Positions 36,989 to 44,107 of a DNA stretch of 64,000 nt are shown here, one piece after another; position 1 is the first letter of the stretch; each line of letters opens with the position of its first letter. The position numbers and the translations under genes are program-made. The notes under the pieces are model-generated. The model saw only the letters and a list, made by a program, of their open reading frames with translations, made no database searches and was not told where the DNA came from. Where the stretch lies: assembly GCA_002428525.1 (NCBI GenBank), contig DIWU01000020.1, positions 4,907 to 68,906 on the forward strand, read 5' to 3'. The DNA comes from a bacterium UBP14_UBA6098 (lineage in GTDB: Bacteria > UBP14 > UBA6098).

Positions 36989-39271
36989 CTATCGGTCGAT
37001 GAATATGCCGTCGCCGGTTTTTTTATCCTTGTCGTCGTCGGTGAGGGCGGCTGAATTATTCTTGCGCTTTCCTGAGGTCATGGAATAATCGTCTTCCGCG
37101 CCGCCTTGGTCGATTTGAAGCCCGATATTTCTATCCCCGAAAGTCGAATGGTAATCCAATCCTCCGCCAGAACCGTTGGAGGTGCCGCCGGCGATATAGC
37201 TATCGACACCCTGAAGGTCGAGGCATACCGCGATTGCGCTCTGCGCCGCGCCTCCTTGAGACAGCGAGGTGCCGTAGTAGTAATCGTCGCCGGCCATATC
37301 GACAAACCACGCTGAAACTATATCCCAAGCGCCGCCCTGATTGACCGCCTCGTTCCCGCGATAGCGGTCGTCACCGGAATGATCGATGAAACACCCCGCG
37401 GCTTGATGGGCGCCAGCCCCCTGAACATAACGGTTTCCGATATAGACATCATCCCCGCCAAGCTCGTTTAAAATCCCTAACCCGAGGAAATATCCGCAGG
37501 CCTGTGAGAAATTGCCGGCCTCGTAATAGTCGTCGCCCTCGCGATCGCAAAGGATTCCGATTCCGCCCTCGGCGACCGTGCGGAAGCCCATTCCAACCCC
37601 TTGACTCCAGCCCTCCCAAGTGTCCTCGTTGCCATAGCCGTTCGGGTGCTTGTGCGAGGCGATATATCTGTCGTCGCCGGAGCAATCGACCAGCATGCCC
37701 AATCCCTTAGTCACGCCGACCCCTTGCGAATAGCGCGTGCTTTGGAATAGGTCGTCGCCGGAACCGTCGAAAAGAAGCCCGACACCGAAAGCCGCAAAGC
37801 CCTGCGCGCATTCGTCGGCGAGATAAATATCCTCGCCGGTGCTATCGAAAAGAAGCCCTGTCCCGCAAAAGGAGGCACCTTGGCAAAGGCGATTGCCGCT
37901 GTAAATATCGTCTCCAGTGAAATCGAGGAGACATCCCGCCCCGCAAAAGCCGGAGCCGATGGAGCCTTCCGTTTTTCGAATATACTTATCATCGCCTGCG
38001 AAATCGATATGGAGCCCGGATCGCCCTGCAGAAAACCTGTGGGATACAATATCATATATAGTATAGGGCGTTCCGCCGCAATGATTTAGATATGTGTCGT
38101 CGCCTCCGAGATCGATCCAAATCGAAGCGCCTTGGGAATATGTCATGCTCTCGAACCCGGAAACAATAACCCGCCCGTAAACCGGAACCTCGATTCCCGA
38201 GGAGTCCCGTCGGCCTAAGATCGCCGTCTTGTTCACGAGAAAATCGAGGCCTAAATCAGCGCCCTCGCCGGGAACGATTCTCGATAGAAAGCCCGTGAAA
38301 TCCGCCTCGGAGAGCGCGGCCAAAACCTCCCCGGCCTCGACCAGCTTTTCATAGCGAATCTTCTTCGTCGAGGCGATCAGCTCGTAGTAGCCATCGACTA
38401 ACTCCTCGTTTTCATCCGTGTGGATATAAACCGTTTTGCAGAAAGTATTTAGGAGAAACGGCGCAAGGTCGGAAATCGCTTGAAGCTCTTCGGCCTCGAG
38501 ATCGATGAAGGCCGAGTCGATGAGCGAATTCGCTCGTTGGACAATAGCGATGACTTGATCGAGGTTCTCGATAACGAGGCGGTTTGCAGGCGCATTGCCC
38601 TCGATATTCAGGGCTCGATACGCCCCCCGAAAGACCTCGATTGGCGAGCCGCCCTCGACTGCCGCGGCCGAGATCGCCTCCCTCGCCGAGGGCACGCAGG
38701 AGGCCGGCTCGAGCATTATCGCCGAAACGAGATCGAGCATATAAAAACCGGCGTATGATGCAAACTCCTGTCTGAAAGACCCTGCGAGCTTGTTATAGGC
38801 CGAATCCAACTCGAACTGTTCCACAGCACCGAAGAAGGCGAAAACCGATTCATCCGCGCGCCAATCGGGGAGGATCTCCTCGGCGCTTTTTGGAAAAACC
38901 TCTCGCCCGCCGGCCTTGAGCGAGCCTTGAAAATCCGACCGTTTCCCCAATATCAGCGGAATGGATAGCGTGTTCTTGCATCGCTGAACCGATAGCTTAA
39001 CTCTGTCACCGGGGGTTTTCGTTTGCAGAAAAGCGGATAGCGAATCACTGCAGGATATGGTTTTGCCATCGGCGCTGAGAATGACATCGCCAAGCTCGAG
39101 CCCTGCGATATCCGCGGGAGAATGGCGAACAATCTGTGTTAGCTCGATTCCGCTCGAGTCCGGTAGGGGATTATAGCTAATCCCGATGAAGACCTCGTTT
39201 TGGGCGAGGCTCGTATATGGGAAAAACAGAATCGAGATTAAGACAGCAATGGATAACAGTTTACCAAACAT
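36989..39271 (-). CDS. Secreted PDZ-domain protein with about 12 tandem GDD-x-Y repeats (predicted beta-solenoid)
   Basis: 760 aa with a signal peptide. PDZ-like IVRHSPADIAGLELGDVILSADGK. The C-terminal half carries repeats such as LDFTGDDIYSGNRLCQGASFCGTG, LFDSTGEDIYLADECAQGFAAFGVG and LFDGSGDDLFQSTRYSQGVGVTKGLG, with a period of about 24 aa. Confidence 0.75.
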   Translation of the reverse strand: MFGKLLSIAVLISILFFPYTSLAQNEVFIGISYNPLPDSSGIELTQIVRHSPADIAGLELGDVILSADGKTISCSDSLSAFLQTKTPGDRVKLSVQRCKNTLSIPLILGKRSDFQGSLKAGGREVFPKSAEEILPDWRADESVFAFFGAVEQFELDSAYNKLAGSFRQEFASYAGFYMLDLVSAIMLEPASCVPSAREAISAAAVEGGSPIEVFRGAYRALNIEGNAPANRLVIENLDQVIAIVQRANSLIDSAFIDLEAEELQAISDLAPFLLNTFCKTVYIHTDENEELVDGYYELIASTKKIRYEKLVEAGEVLAALSEADFTGFLSRIVPGEGADLGLDFLVNKTAILGRRDSSGIEVPVYGRVIVSGFESMTYSQGASIWIDLGGDDTYLNHCGGTPYTIYDIVSHRFSAGRSGLHIDFAGDDKYIRKTEGSIGSGFCGAGCLLDFTGDDIYSGNRLCQGASFCGTGLLFDSTGEDIYLADECAQGFAAFGVGLLFDGSGDDLFQSTRYSQGVGVTKGLGMLVDCSGDDRYIASHKHPNGYGNEDTWEGWSQGVGMGFRTVAEGGIGILCDREGDDYYEAGNFSQACGYFLGLGILNELGGDDVYIGNRYVQGAGAHQAAGCFIDHSGDDRYRGNEAVNQGGAWDIVSAWFVDMAGDDYYYGTSLSQGGAAQSAIAVCLDLQGVDSYIAGGTSNGSGGGLDYHSTFGDRNIGLQIDQGGAEDDYSMTSGKRKNNSAALTDDDKDKKTGDGIFIDR

Positions 39272-39328
39272 TATATTACACCATTTATTTGATGTTAATT
39301 ATCATCTGATTAATAAGCTAACAAAAGG

Positions 39329-40342
39329 TCACTTAGTGGAATCGATATCCGTCTCGAGGCTATCGAATGTGACAAGAGGAGGCGCTTCGTCCGTAATTTC
39401 CGGCAAGATATCCATGACATCATCCCAGATCCTGAACGGCTCGAACAGCCAATCGATGGAACGCCCAAAGCGATACCATCTGAAGCTTCCGCGAGAGGTT
39501 CGCGACCAAAGAACACCAATAACCTGCCCGTGAATGTCGTCGATATAGAACGGGAAGAAAACCCCGCGATTATCGACGAGAAAAACCTGTGATTTTGGAA
39601 CTACGACCGGGCCGAAGTTTTCGGGGCCGTTATACTTATGATTTTCAGGCATGTTGATCTCTATAGAGTTGACATAGATAGAACCCTCGATCGCTCGGAG
39701 TGTATCGAGCGGAGCGGCCAAGACCATGTGGACGAAATAATTATCCCCGCCGATGTTCTCCGGCACGGGGTCGTGATAAACAATGTCCCCGACCTTAACC
39801 GAATCGGCGCGCGAAGGGCCGATATTCTTGATTCCATAAGCCCCGCGATGCACGATCACAGCGTCGCCGTTCAAAAGGAGGGGCTCCATATGTATATCCT
39901 CGACTGGAAAACGATATACCTTGAAACCGAATGTCGCGTTTAACAGGTGGAATGGCCCGATAGCGATCAAATACAGAAAGATATATAAGAAGATATTGCG
40001 AACCACAGTATCGGCATCGCCGGGGAGTTTTTTGCATCGCAGTGCGAGAATAACCGACAATAAGGAAGGTAAAAGCAGAATCGTAAACATGAGGATTGGA
40101 GTCCATATCCCCAAGGAAGTCTGAATAATAAAAACGCGGCTGATGAGCATAGCCGCGCCGGACAAGAGGATTATATCGAAAGCGAGTCTATGATTCTTCT
40201 GAATACATTGAGCTAAGCCCGGAAAAAACAGAGTAAAAAAGCTAATGATAACACGCATCCAAAGCGGGGCAGAGGTTCGCCTCATCCTTGCGGCGATCTT
40301 GGCTGACTTGGAGTCCTCATATGTATAACCCATGAAGTCCAT
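39329..40342 (-). CDS. Signal peptidase I (S26)-like membrane protein lacking the canonical Ser/Lys dyad
   Basis: 337 aa. A multi-TM N-terminus is followed by EDIHMEPLLLNGDAVIV (compare GDSMxPTLxxGDxxxV), FVHMVLAAPLDTL (compare YVKRIIGLPGDTV) and FLVDNRG (compare VMGDNRxxSxDSR). Confidence 0.7.
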   Translation of the reverse strand: MDFMGYTYEDSKSAKIAARMRRTSAPLWMRVIISFFTLFFPGLAQCIQKNHRLAFDIILLSGAAMLISRVFIIQTSLGIWTPILMFTILLLPSLLSVILALRCKKLPGDADTVVRNIFLYIFLYLIAIGPFHLLNATFGFKVYRFPVEDIHMEPLLLNGDAVIVHRGAYGIKNIGPSRADSVKVGDIVYHDPVPENIGGDNYFVHMVLAAPLDTLRAIEGSIYVNSIEINMPENHKYNGPENFGPVVVPKSQVFLVDNRGVFFPFYIDDIHGQVIGVLWSRTSRGSFRWYRFGRSIDWLFEPFRIWDDVMDILPEITDEAPPLVTFDSLETDIDSTK

Positions 40343-40348
40343 AGAAAC

Positions 40349-41374
40349 CTAATCGCCTGAGGGTGGCCCCTCCTCGGGCGGTGTGTTGACATTCCTAACG
40401 ATGCTCGTTCCCGGGCGACGCGTGATGATCTGAGGTTGAGCCGCGCTCGTGTCCGGAGGCTCGAGAGGCGGTCCGCCGATAATATTCGGTCGTGGCGGCC
40501 GAGGAAGGCTAATCTGCTCGGCACCCTCGAGAAGCTGGAGAATATTGCCCCTATTAATATCGAAGTCCATCGGATAGGTTCGCTCGGGCCACTCGGCTAA
40601 ATCGAAGCCGTTGACAGTGAGGTGCATGACATTAGGCGCGCCCATAGTTAAAAAGAAAGCGTTTTTGGCGACGAAACGAAGTGTATCGCGGGAATCGATA
40701 TCGCCCTTGTATGACCGATGATAATCGCTCTCGACGAGAACCCAAGTCTTCTGACGGGCAACAATAGCCAGTGTCAATGAATCCGCGCGACCGAGCGCCC
40801 ATGCGGGGTTGATGTCTCCGAGCTTGAGGCGTATTTCTTGAGTCAAATCCTCGAGTGTGATCGACGAGACCAGTTTTTTATCGTTAGAGCCGGCGGAATC
40901 GGATGAAAGCACATCGTTTACGCTTGTGACCGGCATCGAGTTTCGCGCCCTATCCTTGAAGATAATGATCGCAATAACCGCGACAACGACTATCGCGATA
41001 ACGCCGATAATTATCGTCGATCTCGAAAGCTGTATTCTTTTTGGAAGAAAAGCCTTACGGGTTGATTGTCTTTTTGGGATAGGGGATTCGAAGGGGGGAG
41101 GCTCTTTTGTGAAGCCGGAAAAGATCCGACGCGCCTTCGGTTTGGGCCGCTCCGATTCATAACGGGAAAGCAGTTCCTCGATATCCGCGCCGAGGATATC
41201 GCCGTAACTTTTAATGAAGCCGCGAACATAGATATCCGGTGGGAGTGCGTGATAATCGCCGTCTTCGAGGGCAACTATATATAGCAAACTGATTCTTGTA
41301 AGCCTTGATATCTCCTCGCGACTGATACCGCGGGCCTCTCTCATCTGTTGAAGGTATTGGCCAAGTTCTCTCAT
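40349..41374 (-). CDS. rodZ: RodZ-like cytoskeleton/HTH membrane protein
   Basis: N-terminal HTH LGQYLQQMREARGISREEISRLTRISLLYIVALEDGDYHALPPDIYVRGFIKSY, a single TM segment (IIIGVIAIVVVAVIAIIIF) and a C-terminal DUF4115-like beta region. Confidence 0.8.
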   Translation of the reverse strand: MRELGQYLQQMREARGISREEISRLTRISLLYIVALEDGDYHALPPDIYVRGFIKSYGDILGADIEELLSRYESERPKPKARRIFSGFTKEPPPFESPIPKRQSTRKAFLPKRIQLSRSTIIIGVIAIVVVAVIAIIIFKDRARNSMPVTSVNDVLSSDSAGSNDKKLVSSITLEDLTQEIRLKLGDINPAWALGRADSLTLAIVARQKTWVLVESDYHRSYKGDIDSRDTLRFVAKNAFFLTMGAPNVMHLTVNGFDLAEWPERTYPMDFDINRGNILQLLEGAEQISLPRPPRPNIIGGPPLEPPDTSAAQPQIITRRPGTSIVRNVNTPPEEGPPSGD

Positions 41375-41432
41375 AATTGCTTTTCTATAAAAAACTTATA
41401 TGAATATCTTAAAGTAATACTTGAGCTGATAA

Positions 41433-42026
41433 TCATCGAGATATAATCTCTAACCTTAGAATATTAAACTTGGACAGTAGAACTGTCAAGCGGAAAAGCG
41501 GAAGGCCGACAACATTGAAGTAATCCCCCCGAACCTCGCGAACCAGAAGTGCGCCCTTTTCTTGGATTCCATAAGCACCGGCCTTGTCCATCGGCTCGTC
41601 GGTGTCGATATAGGCCGTGATTTCCTCCGAGGTCATCGCACCGAAGAGGACTTCGGTCGCCTCGAAATCGGTTCCGAGGCGGTCGGAACCGCTGTCCCAA
41701 ATCGCCAAGCCTGTAAATACCGTATGGCTTCGTCCTTGAAGCATGGTCAGGTATTCGAAAGCGCTTTCGCGTGAGCGGGGCTTTTCTAAGAGGCGGTTTT
41801 CGCAAACGACGATAGTATCGCAACCGAGGACGAGGCCGGGCTCCGGCGGTAATGCGCTTTTGGCCTTTTGCGCGGCGAGTTCGATTGCGAAAAGCTCCGG
41901 CCGATTTGAATCGAAGCGCGGCTTTATGGCTATTTTTCTTCGGGGGACCTTCTCGAAGGGGATTCCGACGCGAGCGAGTAGCTCACTGCGCCTCGGGGAT
42001 TCGGAGGCTAAAAAGATCGGCTTCAT
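41433..42026 (-). CDS. maf: Maf-family nucleoside triphosphate pyrophosphatase
   Basis: 197 aa with IFLASESPRRSELL, GCDTIV and DKAGAYGIQ motifs. Confidence 0.9.
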   Translation of the reverse strand: MKPIFLASESPRRSELLARVGIPFEKVPRRKIAIKPRFDSNRPELFAIELAAQKAKSALPPEPGLVLGCDTIVVCENRLLEKPRSRESAFEYLTMLQGRSHTVFTGLAIWDSGSDRLGTDFEATEVLFGAMTSEEITAYIDTDEPMDKAGAYGIQEKGALLVREVRGDYFNVVGLPLFRLTVLLSKFNILRLEIISR

Positions 42027-42511
42027 CGGCCACCTATCGGCGCGAGATCGCGATCGTTAAGTCGCCTTGTTTCGCGCGAGTTTAAAATTACTGTCACAGG
42101 CCCGTCGTTGATAAGCTCCACGGCCATCGTGGCGCCGAAAAGGCCTCTTGCGGTTCGAATGCCGTGCTTCTCGACCTCGTCGCAGAAGGCATTGTAGAGC
42201 TTCTCCGCCTCGTCGGGTTTCATGGCATTAGAAAAGCTGGGCCTCCGGCCTTTACGGGTGTTGGCGCAGAGCGTGAACTGGCTGACACAAAGGGCCTCGC
42301 CGCCGGTTTCGAGAAGCGACAGGTTCATAACGCCGCAATCGTCGTCGAAGATGCGGAGATTCACCGCCTTTTCCGCCAAAAAATTGGCATCGTCTTTAGT
42401 GTCGTTCGTGAAAACACCGAGAAGAATGAGCAAACCTCGCCCGATTCGCGAGATTTCGCGAGCATCCACCGAAACAGAGGCTTGAGCTACCCGTTGAATC
42501 AGAGCGATCAT
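42023..42511 (-). CDS. dtd: D-aminoacyl-tRNA deacylase
   Basis: The start was moved to the ATG at 42511 (MIALIQRV..). SQFTLCA and NDGPVT motifs. There are 4-nt overlaps with both the upstream UbiA-family gene and downstream maf. Confidence 0.9.
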   Translation of the reverse strand: MIALIQRVAQASVSVDAREISRIGRGLLILLGVFTNDTKDDANFLAEKAVNLRIFDDDCGVMNLSLLETGGEALCVSQFTLCANTRKGRRPSFSNAMKPDEAEKLYNAFCDEVEKHGIRTARGLFGATMAVELINDGPVTVILNSRETRRLNDRDLAPIGGR

Positions 42512-43392
42512 GCCGTGATACCCCCCAAATACAGGGCGAACAGGCCGCCCGCCATGATCCACTTGAGGTCGGAGGCGATCTTTGTCGCCCGTCTCGAGGT
42601 GATGCTTTGTGGGAGCATCCAAGCGAAAAGGATTATCGGTAGGTCAGCGAAGAGGAGAACAGAACCCAAGAACCAAAGGGAAAAGACGCCGGTGAAGTAG
42701 GCAAGCAACGTTATGGGCACGATCGCGAGCAGAAATATCGAGGCGAATATCGCCGATCGTTTCGGGCCGATCACAACCGGCAAGGTTCTTATTTGCATAG
42801 CCTCCTCGGTCTCGAGGTCGGCGATGTCTTTGACGATTTCCCGCGAGGAGTGAAACAGGAAGGCGAATGCCGCGGCGAAGATATGTTTCGCATCGATTGC
42901 GGCGAACGATCCGGCAAATATGAAAACTGCGCCACCGAGCAATCCTATGGACAGATTACCCGCGAGTGGCGTCCTCTTCAAAAGCATGTTATACAATAAG
43001 AGTGTTGCCGCACAGGCTATCGCAATCGTCCCGGGAACGGCGAAGCCGAGGAGTATTGCGCAGATCGAAAGCGAGATACCGAGCGAGAAAAGGACAATAC
43101 CGATCTTCAGCGCGGTTCGTCTCGGGATCGAGCCGGAGGGTATCGGCCGCGAGGGGTGGGCTTTTCTGTCGATCTCCGAATCGAGGGCGTCGTTGAGGGC
43201 GTTTCCGCCGGAGAAGATAAAGGCCGTTATCGCGATGGCAAGCGGCCAATATCGCTCGAGGTCTCCATTGAACACGAGGCCGATATAGACGCAAATCATC
43301 GCAAAGAGGGTGTTCAACGGCCTTAAAAGGCCGAAGGCACCGGAGAGTTTCGATCGTTTTCTATTGGGCTTTGCCATCGCAATAAAATACAC
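42508..43392 (-). CDS. UbiA-family prenyltransferase resembling (di)geranylgeranylglyceryl-phosphate synthases
   Basis: 294 aa with about 8 TM segments. The first Asp-rich motif is NALNDALDSEIDRKAHPSRPIPSG and the second is REIVKDIADLETEEAMQIRTLPVVIG. Confidence 0.8.
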   Translation of the reverse strand: MYFIAMAKPNRKRSKLSGAFGLLRPLNTLFAMICVYIGLVFNGDLERYWPLAIAITAFIFSGGNALNDALDSEIDRKAHPSRPIPSGSIPRRTALKIGIVLFSLGISLSICAILLGFAVPGTIAIACAATLLLYNMLLKRTPLAGNLSIGLLGGAVFIFAGSFAAIDAKHIFAAAFAFLFHSSREIVKDIADLETEEAMQIRTLPVVIGPKRSAIFASIFLLAIVPITLLAYFTGVFSLWFLGSVLLFADLPIILFAWMLPQSITSRRATKIASDLKWIMAGGLFALYLGGITA

Positions 43393-43429
43393 TCTTAGCG
43401 AGCCGATGTCAACACGAGACTGGCGAGTT

Positions 43430-44080
43430 TTATCTCAACTCTCGAACCATCTTGTCCACAAGCGGCGACTTATAGGCGATATAGCAGGCGATTATCGCGA
43501 CCGCCACACCGGAGGGGAGATCGAGAAACCAGTGCTGTTTAACGAACATAGTCGAGAGCGAGATAGCGAAGGCGATGAGCAGACCGATTGCGCCGAGGGC
43601 CTTCTTATATCGAAAAGTGATCAAGGCCGCGGTCCAGCTGTAGGTGACATGTTGGCTCGGGAAGCAATTGTAGGGGTTGTCTTTGCAGTAGATCTTCAGA
43701 AGCAAGCGCGAGGCGAAATCCGTTTCGGTGATCTCTGGGCGAATCATCTGTGTTCGCCAAAGAAGAAAGAAAGCCGAGGTGACGAGGCCGCTAATCACGA
43801 AGGCTGTGGCGCCGCGGACAAGCTCCTCTCTGGATTTCACGATCAGAATCGGGAAGGCGATTATCGGATAATAAAGGTAATAAAGCCATACCCAGCGCGG
43901 GTCGAAGGGGACAAGCTCATCGATGGGAGTGAGCAATATCGTCCCCGGTTTTCCGGCGTGATATTGGTTGATCAGGAAATATAGAGTGGCCGAGATTGTG
44001 TATATCCCGGCCATTATGATGAGTTTCCAACCCCAAAGGGGGAGATCGACCTGTTTGTTCTTATCGATTGAAGAACACAT
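43430..44080 (-). CDS. PAP2-superfamily membrane protein (PAP2_C-like)
   Basis: 216 aa, polytopic. CFPSQHV and FVKQHWFLDLPSG correspond to the SxH and HxxxD parts of the PAP2 signature. Confidence 0.65.
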   Translation of the reverse strand: MCSSIDKNKQVDLPLWGWKLIIMAGIYTISATLYFLINQYHAGKPGTILLTPIDELVPFDPRWVWLYYLYYPIIAFPILIVKSREELVRGATAFVISGLVTSAFFLLWRTQMIRPEITETDFASRLLLKIYCKDNPYNCFPSQHVTYSWTAALITFRYKKALGAIGLLIAFAISLSTMFVKQHWFLDLPSGVAVAIIACYIAYKSPLVDKMVRELR

Positions 44081-44107
44081 TTTTAACTTTTTTTGGTGGC
44101 TCGGCGC

